Source: a virus (lineage: Duplodnaviria > Caudoviricetes). Taken from it: a stretch of 64,000 bases of DNA. Shown here one piece after another: positions 1 through 9,580 of the stretch. Below the pieces are notes generated by a model, which saw only the letters and a program-made list of their open reading frames with translations, made no database searches and was not told where the DNA came from. The stretch is from positions 1 to 64,000 of the IMG/VR virus record IMGVR_UViG_2716884858_000003; one strand, written 5' to 3'. Position 1 is the first letter of the stretch. Every line of letters starts with the position of its first letter. The position numbers were made by a program, and so were the translations under genes.

Positions 1-1809
1 ATGGCATACGTGGCAAAGCGGAACAACGCTGAAGGGGCCGTGACCAGCTACCAGGTGAAGTGGCGGCTCGGTGGCGCCCGCACGGCCCCGTGGCAGAACG
101 AGCGGTTCGACGACGAGGACTCGGCGGACGTGTTCTGCAAGGCCGTCAACGACAACGGCCAGCAGTGGCCGCCCGGTTGGGTGAAGGGCAAGGGGTACAT
201 CGACCCCGCCACCGGCGACGAGGCGCAGTACGTGTTCGAGGCGTACGCACGCCAGTGCATCGTCAACAAAACAGGCGTCGAGGAGCGCTACCGGCTGGAC
301 TGCGTTCGGGAGTTGGAGACGTACCTCCTGCCCACATTCGGCAACTGCGACGTCCGCAGCACCGAGCACTTCAACAAGGCGACCGTCGCGGCCTGGGTCA
401 ACCTCATGGCCAAGACGATGGTGTTCCGGGGCTCCAAGCACAAGGTCATGAGCCCCAAGACGCTGAAGAACCTGTTCGGCCTGCTGTCGTCCGTCCTCAA
501 CGAGGCCGTGAACGCCGAGCCCCCGCTCCGCGACCGGAACCCCTGCAACCTCGTCCGCCTTCCCCGCACCGACGACGACGGCGTAGACGACGACGAGGGC
601 GACGACATGGAGTTCCTGACGCCCGACGAGGTCGCCGGCCTCGTCGAGTGTCTGCCCAGGCCCGAGGACAAGGTGTTCGTCCGCACCGCGTACGGCACCG
701 GCATGCGGTGGGGCGAGATCACCGCCCTCGCCAAGCGCCACGCCCGCAACCCGGCATCCGGGGTGTTCGAACTCAAGGTGTCCAGGGCCTGGAAGCGGAG
801 CCCGGAGAAGGGGGCGTATCTCGGCAAGCCGAAGTCCAAGGCATCGCGGCGCACCGTCGACATCAGCGCCGGCCTGTGGCGCGAGCTCCAGGGCCACGGT
901 CTCGACGGCATGGCGAGCGCGCACCTGATCTTCCACAACGGCAAAGGGGAGCGGCTGGTCTACAGCACGTTCTACGACCGGTGGGTGGCGGCCGTCGCCG
1001 AGGCCAAGGAACGCGGGCTCCTTCCCGACTACAAATGGCCGACGTTCCACGACCTGCGGCACTCCCACGTTGCGGCGCTGCTGTCGGACCGGCACAGCCT
1101 CACCTACGTGCAGCGGCGGCTCGGACACGAGTCGATCAAGACGACGTCGGACAGGTACGGCCACCTGCTGAAGGAGGCCCATGCCGGCGCACTGGCCACC
1201 CTCGACCGTGCATTGGGCATCGCCCCGGAGTCGGAGGGGGCGGCCGACCTCGACGAGGAGCACGCGGCGCGGGCGCCCGTCACCGACCCGGGCCGGTCGC
1301 TGTACGTCGCGCACGTCGGCTCCCGGCTCCTCGGCTTCTGGCGGGCCGAGCACGCCGAGGAGACGGCGGAGCGGTGGGCGCGCGAGCGGGGCGGCGCGGT
1401 GCGCGTCGAGAAGTGGTCGGCGGACTGGTGGGTCCGCTCCACCGGGGGCCGGGTCGGCGAGGACAACGGGCTCAAGACCGTCCGCAGCGAGGTTCCCCAC
1501 CGGGCGTGGATCTGGTCCCTGGGCCCGGCGGTCTACACGGCCGACGGCACGGAGTGCGTCGTCGGCCTGGGCGTGCACGAGCCGTCGGGCCGGTGGGTGT
1601 GGGACTGGGAGGACGACTACACGGAGGAGCCCGCGCACTCGTCCACGCAGTGGCGGCCGGGTGTGGCGGCTGAGACGGAGGCGCGTGCCTGGGGGCCCGA
1701 CGAGGAGGCGGTCTGTGCCGCGTATGCGACGGCCCGTACGGACGCGTTGAGGATCTGTTCGCTCCACCCGGACCGTGCGGCGACGCCGGGCCGGGAGACG
1801 GTCACCTGA
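1..1809 (+). CDS. int: Tyrosine recombinase (phage integrase) with C-terminal extension
   Basis: TGMRWGE, HDLRH, LGH and catalytic Y (DRYGH) motifs. Confidence 0.93.
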   Translation: MAYVAKRNNAEGAVTSYQVKWRLGGARTAPWQNERFDDEDSADVFCKAVNDNGQQWPPGWVKGKGYIDPATGDEAQYVFEAYARQCIVNKTGVEERYRLDCVRELETYLLPTFGNCDVRSTEHFNKATVAAWVNLMAKTMVFRGSKHKVMSPKTLKNLFGLLSSVLNEAVNAEPPLRDRNPCNLVRLPRTDDDGVDDDEGDDMEFLTPDEVAGLVECLPRPEDKVFVRTAYGTGMRWGEITALAKRHARNPASGVFELKVSRAWKRSPEKGAYLGKPKSKASRRTVDISAGLWRELQGHGLDGMASAHLIFHNGKGERLVYSTFYDRWVAAVAEAKERGLLPDYKWPTFHDLRHSHVAALLSDRHSLTYVQRRLGHESIKTTSDRYGHLLKEAHAGALATLDRALGIAPESEGAADLDEEHAARAPVTDPGRSLYVAHVGSRLLGFWRAEHAEETAERWARERGGAVRVEKWSADWWVRSTGGRVGEDNGLKTVRSEVPHRAWIWSLGPAVYTADGTECVVGLGVHEPSGRWVWDWEDDYTEEPAHSSTQWRPGVAAETEARAWGPDEEAVCAAYATARTDALRICSLHPDRAATPGRETVT

Positions 1810-1822
1810 GGCCCTGGAACGC

Positions 1823-1853
1823 GAGAGGGTCCGGCGGTTGCCGGGCCCCTCTC
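1823..1853. terminator. Stem-loop between convergent genes
   Basis: GAGAGGG...CCCTCTC inverted repeat just after the integrase stop. Confidence 0.5.
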
Positions 1854-2544
1854 ACATGCTCTCGTGTTCTCGGGCTGCCGTGCCGTCGCGCGGCTGGGAG
1901 AGAACGAGACGCACGGGGTATCGCGGCCGCGTTGCCGTGGGGCGGGCATGGTCCTCGCCGTCTGCACCCGGTCGGCTGAGCGGGATAGGGACGGGGTGGG
2001 GCCGGGCCTGCTCGTTGCCGCCGCCCATGATCAGGGTCGCTGTTCCCGTGGTGCGCCTGGTGAACACCGAGCCGCGTTGCCTCAGCACTTCGCCGACAAT
2101 CTCGTTGTACTCCTCGCTGACTTCGGCGAGGTCGGTCTCCAGGTCTTCGCAGCGTTTGCGAAGTGCCTGGTTGTCGTCCGTGACCATGTCGAGCCGGTTG
2201 TACACGCTTCGCGCCCGAAGGTCCGAGAAAGCGGTCATGCGTACGAGTCGACGTTCCTGCGTGATCACCGCCCGCTCGCGCTCGATCAACTCGTCTTGCT
2301 TGAGCTGGTGTTGGGCGAGGAGCTGATTCACCGACGCAGTGGTTCGTGCCTCGTGTTGGTTGAGCCAGCGTCGAACCGCGGCGAGGATCACGGCCGTCGC
2401 GCACGCGACGGGCAGGAACCCACCTGCCACGTCGACGACCGTGTCCGAGTCCTCTCGCCAGGTGACCGCGGTCGTTACCGCTGCGCCGCCGGCTAGGACG
2501 CTTGCGGCTGCCTTGACGGGCGGCCGCGGGGTGGGACGCTGCAT
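1852..2544 (-). CDS. Membrane protein with coiled coil, lysogeny module
   Basis: Two hydrophobic N-terminal segments then heptad-rich region; follows the repressor. Confidence 0.6.
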   Translation of the reverse strand: MQRPTPRPPVKAAASVLAGGAAVTTAVTWREDSDTVVDVAGGFLPVACATAVILAAVRRWLNQHEARTTASVNQLLAQHQLKQDELIERERAVITQERRLVRMTAFSDLRARSVYNRLDMVTDDNQALRKRCEDLETDLAEVSEEYNEIVGEVLRQRGSVFTRRTTGTATLIMGGGNEQARPHPVPIPLSRPGADGEDHARPTATRPRYPVRLVLSQPRDGTAAREHESM

Positions 2545-2550
2545 CAGGTG

Positions 2551-3021
2551 TTACCCCCTTGCTACGGCACCCCCGTCGCTGTCGCTCTGGTTCTTCTCCA
2601 GTTGCAGGCGCCGGACCTGCTCGGAGTTGGCGATGAAGAGCTGACGGAGCGCAGGGTCGGTGAGGCCCCACATGTCTGCCACTTCTTGGGGGGTGAGCGG
2701 AACCGACCCTACCGGTCTAATCCGCTCATCTATTGAATCTTCGCCCATTTCCATGCCGGCAATCTCGAAGAGCCTCCGAACTGGGACATTTACCGCTCTC
2801 GCGAGCTTGGGGAAGTTCCTCGGTAGGGGGAGGGTCTTCCCGTCCAGCATGCGGCCGATGGCCGAGGCGCTCATGCCTGTTGCTTCGGCGAGGCTCGTGC
2901 GGCCGCCGGCGTTTGGTGTGACATCGAAGTCGGCGGCCATGGCCGCTCTGGTCATGAAGGCGCCGAAGCGCTGGGCTGGTGTGCCCTGCTCCGGGTTCGT
3001 CGGGTCGTCCTTACTCCGCAT
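2551..3021 (-). CDS. XRE-family HTH phage immunity repressor
   Basis: SLAEATGMSASAIGRMLDGKTLP HTH; divergent from Cro-like gene. Confidence 0.85.
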   Translation of the reverse strand: MRSKDDPTNPEQGTPAQRFGAFMTRAAMAADFDVTPNAGGRTSLAEATGMSASAIGRMLDGKTLPLPRNFPKLARAVNVPVRRLFEIAGMEMGEDSIDERIRPVGSVPLTPQEVADMWGLTDPALRQLFIANSEQVRRLQLEKNQSDSDGGAVARG

Positions 3022-3035
3022 GTCAGCAGAGGCTA

Positions 3036-3240
3036 GCGCGCATGCAAGCTACATGTGCGTGCTTGCATGCGTGCAATATTCCCAGGTCAGGTCACTCTCA
3101 GCAGTAACGGCAGGCTAGGGCGGAAGTGCACCGGCGCACTCCGCTTTAAACAACACGCCATCTCCACATCGCTTGCATGCGTGCAAGCGTTGATCTAGTG
3201 TCTTGCATGCAAGCAAGAGTTGCACGCATGCAAGCTAAAG
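3036..3240. promoter_or_regulatory. Immunity switch region with repeated TTGCATGC/GCATGCAAG operator-like sites
   Basis: AT-richer intergenic DNA with clusters at about 3038-3077 and 3171-3237 (e.g. CTTGCATGCAAG palindrome). Confidence 0.7.
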
Positions 3241-3247
3241 TCTGGAG

Positions 3248-3517
3248 GTGAGCGTGCCCCGCATCCGACTGCACGCGAACCGTCTCCGTGACAAGGCCAG
3301 GGAAGTCGGCGACGAGAGCAACGACGCCATCGCGCAGCGCGCGGGCGTGGCTGGGTCGACGCTCTCCCGGCTCCTCACGGGACGGACCACCCCGAGCACG
3401 GACACCCTCGTCGCCCTGTCCGATGCCTACGGCATCACCGTCGACGACCTCTTGCAGAGGCCGGAACACGAGCAGGTCACGACAGTCCCGGCTCACGTGG
3501 AGCGAGTACCGGCATGA
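3248..3517 (+). CDS. Cro-like XRE HTH regulator
   Basis: IAQRAGVAGSTLSRLLTGRTTPS HTH; GGAGG upstream. Confidence 0.85.
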   Translation: MSVPRIRLHANRLRDKAREVGDESNDAIAQRAGVAGSTLSRLLTGRTTPSTDTLVALSDAYGITVDDLLQRPEHEQVTTVPAHVERVPA

Positions 3518-3840
3518 CCGCAGGGATCCGCACCAGCCGTCCGTACTGCACGTGCGTCGTCGTCCAGAACTACGGCTACGACGAGGCCGCAGCGAAGCTC
3601 AAGATCAAACGCCGGTGGCTGGAGGACAACGTCAGCCGCATCCCGCACCAGAAGTTCGGCGCAAACTCGGCCGTCTTCTGCGACTGCGAACTCCGGCTGA
3701 TTCAGGCGATGTGCACCGTCCCCCCGGCCCCTGCCGAGGAGGAGGCCCCGCCCACGGAGGCGGAGCGCATTACGGCGGTCATGACCCTTCGATCCATCAA
3801 GCCGTCCGGTTCACGCCGGCCGACCGAAGCCGTCGTCTGA
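3514..3840 (+). CDS. Excisionase-like small DNA-binding protein
   Basis: YGYDEAAAKLKI...IPHQKFG resembles MerR-like excisionase HTH; ATGA overlap. Confidence 0.55.
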   Translation: MTAGIRTSRPYCTCVVVQNYGYDEAAAKLKIKRRWLEDNVSRIPHQKFGANSAVFCDCELRLIQAMCTVPPAPAEEEAPPTEAERITAVMTLRSIKPSGSRRPTEAVV

Positions 3841-3978
3841 CGGCGGCGGGGCCGCACGGACCATGCCGGGTCCAACACAGCCCCGCTCACCCAGGCCGTA
3901 CCTCAAACACCCATGAATCGAGGTCCAACCCGTGAAGCGAAACCCTAGCGCCCGCACCAACCCCCAGGGAGGTGCCCA

Positions 3979-4209
3979 GTGGCCGGTGAACTGATCCTCG
4001 CCGCCGCGGCGTCCTGCGCCGCGCTACTCCCCGCCTCCGTGGTCCTGTACCGGACGGCGACCGCCGCCCCCGAGCCCACCGTCGACAACGGCGAGTGCTC
4101 GGGCGAGGACTGCCGACAGTGCGCGGTCCTGTTCGGCCACCCGTCGCAGGCCGCCACCCGCCAGGCCATCGCCGAGGGCGTCAAGCCCCAGACCCGGAAG
4201 GGCTGGTGA
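3979..4209 (+). CDS. Hypothetical phage protein
   Basis: GGAGG RBS, CxxxxCxxC. Confidence 0.5.
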   Translation: MAGELILAAAASCAALLPASVVLYRTATAAPEPTVDNGECSGEDCRQCAVLFGHPSQAATRQAIAEGVKPQTRKGW

Positions 4210-4215
4210 GGCGCG

Positions 4216-4926
4216 ATGAGCCCCGACAAGCTGACCGGCCACCGCGCGGAGTTCGCCGCGGCGGCCCGGAGCGCCCGCGAGCAGCGCGGCACCTGGGTAC
4301 GGCTGGGCGTCTACGGGAGCGTGCGCGGCTCCCGCACAACCGTGGGCCGTATCCGCAACGGCAAGGCGGACTTTGCGCCGGTCGGCGCCTGGGACGCGTA
4401 CAGCGCGGCGTGCGAGGACGGCCAGGCCGTGTGGGCCCGCTGCATCGGCGGGGGCCCGGCGCCTGCGCCGCTGCCGGACACCATGGCCGTGCGCATCCGC
4501 TACGACGGAGAGGGCCCGGGCTCTGAGGGCGTGGGCGTCCTCACCGTGACGATCTCCACCCGCTGCCCGCGCTGCGGCGGCCCGCGCGGCGTGGAGACCA
4601 TCCGCCCCTACCGGTTCGCCCACGACGGCCAGCACCTCGTGGTGGACGCCTGGAAGAACCCGTGTGGTCACGAGGACGTCTACGCGGCCGTGCTGGCGGA
4701 GTCCCGCCAGGAGCGCCGGGCCACACCCACGGAGCTGGTCCAGGCCGCCTACGCCGCCCGCGAGATCGGCGTGAACGCCGCCCAGGCCGCCAACCTGCTG
4801 GAGCGGAACGGGTATGACGACGCCGCCGCGCTGGTGCGGGGCGAGATCAAGAACCGTGAGGGCACCTTCACCAGCTTGCAGGTCGTGGGGTTCCTCCAGG
4901 AGCTGACGGGCGGTGAGGCCCGATGA
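4216..4926 (+). CDS. Hypothetical phage protein (CPRCG zinc motif)
   Basis: Coupled operon ORF. Confidence 0.65.
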   Translation: MSPDKLTGHRAEFAAAARSAREQRGTWVRLGVYGSVRGSRTTVGRIRNGKADFAPVGAWDAYSAACEDGQAVWARCIGGGPAPAPLPDTMAVRIRYDGEGPGSEGVGVLTVTISTRCPRCGGPRGVETIRPYRFAHDGQHLVVDAWKNPCGHEDVYAAVLAESRQERRATPTELVQAAYAAREIGVNAAQAANLLERNGYDDAAALVRGEIKNREGTFTSLQVVGFLQELTGGEAR

Positions 4927-5222
4927 GCGCCGCCACGACGGCCGCAGAGAAGGTGACCGCCCACGCGCTCGTGCGCATCACCTCCTCGGATGACCCGGAC
5001 CGCTTCAAGTACCTGGTCCACACCTACGCCGACAGCGTGGCCCAGGGCCGCCGGATCGAGGCGCCCCCGCGGCTGGACGGGGACGACGTCCTGGTCGCCG
5101 CCTACGTGGAGGCCCTCGCCGGCATCAGGCGCCTGCGCGCCCAGGCCCACCCCCTCGGCTGCTTCTGCGACGCATGCCGCGTCCACGCCTACATCACTAC
5201 GGACCGGAGGTACGACCAGTGA
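4923..5222 (+). CDS. Hypothetical phage protein
   Basis: ATGA overlap; HxxxCxCxxC motif. Confidence 0.6.
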   Translation: MSAATTAAEKVTAHALVRITSSDDPDRFKYLVHTYADSVAQGRRIEAPPRLDGDDVLVAAYVEALAGIRRLRAQAHPLGCFCDACRVHAYITTDRRYDQ

Positions 5223-6292
5223 CCGCCATCATCACCGAGCCCACCATCCCCGGGGTGGACCTGGCCCCGGAGGCCCACGTGGTCCTGCCCACCGGCGACA
5301 TGCATGACCCGGCGTACCGGGAGCGCTGGCTGATGGAGCGCCAGAACGGCCTGGGGGGCTCCGACGTCGCCGTCCTGCTCGGGTTCATCAAGGGCAAGGG
5401 GCCCTGGCACGTCTACGAGGACAAGCACGGCCGCGGCAAGGACTTCGACAGTGAGGCGATGGAGTTCGGCCGGGAGATGGAGGAGCCCATCGCCCGGGTG
5501 TTCTCCCGCCGGACCGGTATCCCCGTCATGCACCCGCCCGGCATGTACGCCAACACCCAGCACCCGTGGATGCTCGGCAACATCGACCGGCTGGCCCTGC
5601 ACCCGGACACCGGCGAGGTCGACGGCCCCGTTGAGTGCAAGAACCGTACGGAGTGGCAGCTCACGGACTGGGAGCAGGACGAGGCGCCGGACGCCCCGCA
5701 GATCCAGAACCTGTGGTACCAGGCCGTCGGCGGCTGGCGTAAGGGCTACGTCGCCGCGTGCGTCGGTGGGAACAAGCTGCGCTGGCACGAGGTGGAGCGC
5801 CGGGAAGACCTGCTGGCCCACCTGGTCCAGTTCTGCGGGGACTGGTGGCAGCGGCACGTCGTGGAGGGCGAGGAGCCCCCGGCCGACGGCCTGCCCGGCA
5901 CCAAGGAACTGCTGGCCCACCTGTGGGACGTGCAGGTCGACAAGGTCGCCGAGGTGGCCGTCGAGCAGGCTCGCAACCTGCGCAAGCGGGAGGCCGCCCT
6001 GTCCGCCGCGATCGAGCGGGCCCAGCACCGCCTGAACGAGGTGCAGAACACCATGCGCCTGATCGCCCGGGAGAACGAGATCGTCAAGACGCCCGGCGGC
6101 AAGGTCGCCTGGACCGTCAAGCAGAACGGCACCTTCGCGCCGTCCCGGTTCGCCAAGGAGCAGCCGGAGCTGGCCCGCAAGTACGAGGTCACGAAGACCG
6201 CCATCGACACCAAGGCGCTCGCCAAGGACCACCCAGACATTTACCGCCAGTACCGCGGCCGGGTGCTGCGCGTGCCCTCCAAGGAGGTCTGA
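5219..6292 (+). CDS. YqaJ-like viral recombinase (RecE/lambda exonuclease family)
   Basis: WLMERQNGLGGSDVA, NIDR, VECK motifs; adjacent to RecT. Confidence 0.92.
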   Translation: MTAIITEPTIPGVDLAPEAHVVLPTGDMHDPAYRERWLMERQNGLGGSDVAVLLGFIKGKGPWHVYEDKHGRGKDFDSEAMEFGREMEEPIARVFSRRTGIPVMHPPGMYANTQHPWMLGNIDRLALHPDTGEVDGPVECKNRTEWQLTDWEQDEAPDAPQIQNLWYQAVGGWRKGYVAACVGGNKLRWHEVERREDLLAHLVQFCGDWWQRHVVEGEEPPADGLPGTKELLAHLWDVQVDKVAEVAVEQARNLRKREAALSAAIERAQHRLNEVQNTMRLIARENEIVKTPGGKVAWTVKQNGTFAPSRFAKEQPELARKYEVTKTAIDTKALAKDHPDIYRQYRGRVLRVPSKEV

Positions 6293-6295
6293 CCT

Positions 6296-7270
6296 GTGAC
6301 TGAGACGCTGATGGACCGGGTGCTCGCCGCCACTGGCGGCGGGCGCCCCGCCCCTGAGCAGAACGCAGCCCCGCAGGTGGAGCCCCCGGTGGGGGAGGCC
6401 ACCCCGGCCCAGGTGGACGCGGTCCAGGAGTACCTGGACAAGCACGGCAACAAGTTCCGTGCCTCCCTGCCCTCTCACGTGCCGTACGAGACGTTCCAGG
6501 CCGCCGTGGCCGCCCGGCTGCCCCGGCTGGCCGGGTGCACGCCGGCGTCCCTGCGCATGGCGCTGCTGACCTGCGCCCGGTTCGGCCTGGTGCCGGACGG
6601 CTACGAGGCCGCCATCGACGTGCAGGGCAATAAGGCGGTGTTCATCCCGACGTACAAGGGCTACGTCCGCCTGATGTACCGGTCCGGTCTGGTGGCCTCC
6701 GTGCACTGCGGCCTGGTCCACGAGCACGACGACTGGGAGGTCACCCCGTCCGCCCCGGCCCCGGATGACTTCACGCTCAAGATCCGGCCGGACCTGTCGG
6801 ACGAAGAGCGCGGTAAGGCGCTGTTCGCGTACGCGTTCGTGATGCTCAAGGACGGGTCCCGCTCGCAGGTGGTGTTCGTCAACCGCACCAAGGCCGTGCA
6901 GCTCCGTGACGAGTGGAGCTACGCCTACAAGCTCGCCGAGCAGAGCGGCCGCAAAGACTCCTTCTGGCACCGGGACTTCGACCACATGATGCTCAAGTCC
7001 GGTTTGAAGGCGCTGTTCCCGTGGGTGCCCACCTCGGCGGAGCTGGTGGCGCTGGCGGAGGCCGAGGACGCAGGCGAGCGGGGCGATGTGCAGATCGTGC
7101 ACGCGCCGCGCCCGGAGGCGGACGCCCTGGCCGCTGAGGCCGAGCGGGCGCACCGCGCGGCAGAGGGCAGCCAGGACGTGCCCGCCCGGCCGCTGGTGAA
7201 GCGCAACGCCGCTGGCCGCCGGTTCCTGGGCAAGAAGCAGCGCGGCGGCCGGAAGGCGGGGCGTAGCTGA
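6296..7270 (+). CDS. recT: RecT-family single-strand annealing protein
   Basis: CTPASL..ALL.CA..GL.PD, YKGYVRL.YRSG, W..DFDHM..KS motifs. Confidence 0.9.
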   Translation: MTETLMDRVLAATGGGRPAPEQNAAPQVEPPVGEATPAQVDAVQEYLDKHGNKFRASLPSHVPYETFQAAVAARLPRLAGCTPASLRMALLTCARFGLVPDGYEAAIDVQGNKAVFIPTYKGYVRLMYRSGLVASVHCGLVHEHDDWEVTPSAPAPDDFTLKIRPDLSDEERGKALFAYAFVMLKDGSRSQVVFVNRTKAVQLRDEWSYAYKLAEQSGRKDSFWHRDFDHMMLKSGLKALFPWVPTSAELVALAEAEDAGERGDVQIVHAPRPEADALAAEAERAHRAAEGSQDVPARPLVKRNAAGRRFLGKKQRGGRKAGRS

Positions 7271-7953
7271 TGAGCCGCCCCCGCACGATCCCGGTCGGAG
7301 CTCGCTCCGGCCGGCTGGTCGCCACCGAAGAGCGCACGGCCGGGCAGTCCCGCGTCAAGTGCCGCTGCGACTGCGGCAAGGACCACACCGTCAGGTTCCG
7401 GGACTGGGGCCGGACACAGTCGTGTGGCTGCCTCCTGGGGAGCCCCCGCACGATCCCGGTCGGTGAGCGCTTCGGTCGGCTGGTCGTCACCGAGGAGCGC
7501 ACGGTGGGGCAGCTGCGCGTCAAGTGCCGCTGCGACTGCGGCAAGGACCACACCGTCGTCATGCAGGAGTGGAGCCGTACGCAGTCGTGCGGGTGTCTCA
7601 GGGACGAGGTGACCACTCAGCGGAGCTACCGGCACGGGCACAGCGGCACGTCGATCTACTGGACGTGGGCGGACATGGTGGGCCGCTGCACCAACCGGAA
7701 CCACAAGAGGTGGGCGGACTACGGCGGCCGTGGCATCACCGTGTGTGAGCGCTGGCTGACCTTCGCCAACTTCCTGGCCGACATGGGCGAGCGTCCGCCC
7801 GGCCTGGAGCTGGACCGCATCGACAACGACCGCGGTTACGAGCCCAGCAACTGCCGGTGGACGACCCGCTCCATCAACGCGGAGAACCGCCGCCATCCTG
7901 AGCACCCCCGTGACTCGCTGACCGGACGCTACATCTCGGAGGCAGCGGGATGA
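7270..7953 (+). CDS. HNH endonuclease with duplicated N-terminal CxCxC repeat
   Basis: YGGRGITVCERW...LDRIDNDRGYEPSNCRW; internal duplication of about 56 aa. Confidence 0.88.
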   Translation: MSRPRTIPVGARSGRLVATEERTAGQSRVKCRCDCGKDHTVRFRDWGRTQSCGCLLGSPRTIPVGERFGRLVVTEERTVGQLRVKCRCDCGKDHTVVMQEWSRTQSCGCLRDEVTTQRSYRHGHSGTSIYWTWADMVGRCTNRNHKRWADYGGRGITVCERWLTFANFLADMGERPPGLELDRIDNDRGYEPSNCRWTTRSINAENRRHPEHPRDSLTGRYISEAAG

Positions 7954-8843
7954 CCTGGCACCGAAAGCCTCTGGCTGGCCTCGATCTCGAAACTAGCGGC
8001 ACGGACCCGGAGCGGGACTGCATCGTCACGGCCGCCGTCGTCCGCTACGGCGGCGGCCAGGCGACCGCGGCCCGCTCCTGGGTCGCCGTGCCCGAGTTCG
8101 ACATCCCGGCCGATGCGGCGGCGGTGCACGGGTGGACGACCGAGGAGGCCCACGCCCAAGGGCAGGACCCCGCGATCGTCCTGGCGGAGGTGATTGACAC
8201 CCTGGTGGCCGCCGTCGACGGCGGCCACCCCGTGGTCGTCATGAACGCGGCCTTCGACCTGACCCTGATCGACCGGGCGGCGCGGCGCTTCGGCGTCGTG
8301 CCGCTCGCCGATCGGGTCACCCCGAACGTCCTGGACCCCCGGGTTCTGGACAAGCAGGTCGACCGCTACCGCAAGGGCCACCGGCGTCTGGAAGACCTGT
8401 GCCGGCACTACTGCGTGAGCATGGACGGCCCGGCCCACGACTCCAAGGTGGACGCCGTCGCCGCCTGTGACGTCACCTGGCGGATCGCCAACCGGCACCG
8501 GTGGATGCAGCGCAAGACCTTGGCCGAGCTCCACGCCGCCCAGGAGAAGTGGGCGTATCAGCAGAACGCCTCCTTCCGTGACTACCTCGCCCGCACGCCG
8601 GGCCGGGAGTTGGAGGCCCTGGACGTGCGCCTGGACTGGCCGATGGTCCCGGCCGCCAAGGCGGCGGTCCTCGAGGAACACCGCGGCGCCGGCCCGCTGG
8701 CCGCGATGCACGCGGCCGGCGAGATCGACAGCGCCGAATACCACTACTGCACCCGCGAGCGCAGCACCCGCGCCCACGCCGTCACAGCTGACGGCGGCCG
8801 GACGTGCTGGAGCTGCGGGCTGGAAACGGCAGGCAACCAGTGA
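7950..8843 (+). CDS. DEDDh 3'-5' exonuclease (DnaQ-like)
   Basis: DLETSG, NAAFD, AHDSKVD motifs. Confidence 0.9.
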   Translation: MTWHRKPLAGLDLETSGTDPERDCIVTAAVVRYGGGQATAARSWVAVPEFDIPADAAAVHGWTTEEAHAQGQDPAIVLAEVIDTLVAAVDGGHPVVVMNAAFDLTLIDRAARRFGVVPLADRVTPNVLDPRVLDKQVDRYRKGHRRLEDLCRHYCVSMDGPAHDSKVDAVAACDVTWRIANRHRWMQRKTLAELHAAQEKWAYQQNASFRDYLARTPGRELEALDVRLDWPMVPAAKAAVLEEHRGAGPLAAMHAAGEIDSAEYHYCTRERSTRAHAVTADGGRTCWSCGLETAGNQ

Positions 8844-9580
8844 CAACGACCATGGAAGTCCCTATGCCCGGACCCGCGTTCGAGTGGCCCGAGACCGAGC
8901 AGTGCCCCAACTGTCCTTGCTGCTTCACGGAGCTGTGCCAGCGCGGCGCGGCCCGGGTGAAGGAGTGCACGGGCTGCGTGCGGCCCGAGTACCGCGCCCG
9001 TGTGTGGGGTTGCCCGTGCTCGTCGCGGCTGACGCGCGGCACCGCGGCCTGGAGGGCGGAGCGGCTGCGCGCGACCGTGCGCGCCACGGAGTGCCCGCTG
9101 CCCCCGTGCGTGGAGGTCGTCCTGCACGCTCTCGCCCAGGGCGAGGTGTCCGGCGACCGCCAGGCGCTGGCGCTGCTGCGCGTCGGCGGCTTCGTCGCCG
9201 AGCCGACTGACGAGGTGTTCACCATCACCGAGCTGGGCGAGATGTACCTGAACGCGCGCTCCGACCTGCGGTTCCCGGCCTGTCTGGAGGTGCTGGCTGT
9301 CGACAAGACGGCGCGGCTGGCCCAGGTGGTCGTGGGCGCGTGGGACACCACCCGGCCGGTGCCGGTGCTCCTGGACCAGCTGACCGACGCCACCGGCCTG
9401 GCGGCGGAGGAGCTGCCCGGCGTGTGGCTGGACGCGGAGGCGAACTGCCACGCCCAGGAGCCGGACGACGTGGTCCTGACCCGCATCCGGGTCGCGGGGC
9501 CGCTGCCCGCCGGGTTCATGGACGGCGAGTCGGGCACGGCCGTGCGCGCGCTCGCCCCGGCTGGAGGTGAGCAGGCGTGA
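8840..9580 (+). CDS. Cys-rich hypothetical phage protein
   Basis: GTGA overlap; CPNCPCC...CTGC...CPC. Confidence 0.6.
   Translation: MTTTMEVPMPGPAFEWPETEQCPNCPCCFTELCQRGAARVKECTGCVRPEYRARVWGCPCSSRLTRGTAAWRAERLRATVRATECPLPPCVEVVLHALAQGEVSGDRQALALLRVGGFVAEPTDEVFTITELGEMYLNARSDLRFPACLEVLAVDKTARLAQVVVGAWDTTRPVPVLLDQLTDATGLAAEELPGVWLDAEANCHAQEPDDVVLTRIRVAGPLPAGFMDGESGTAVRALAPAGGEQA

Noticed and set aside
5189-7153. Long antisense ORFs (also 14796-16760, 31504-33021, 48423-50471 and others)
   Set aside because: Shadow frames of high-GC genes with recognisable products on the opposite strand
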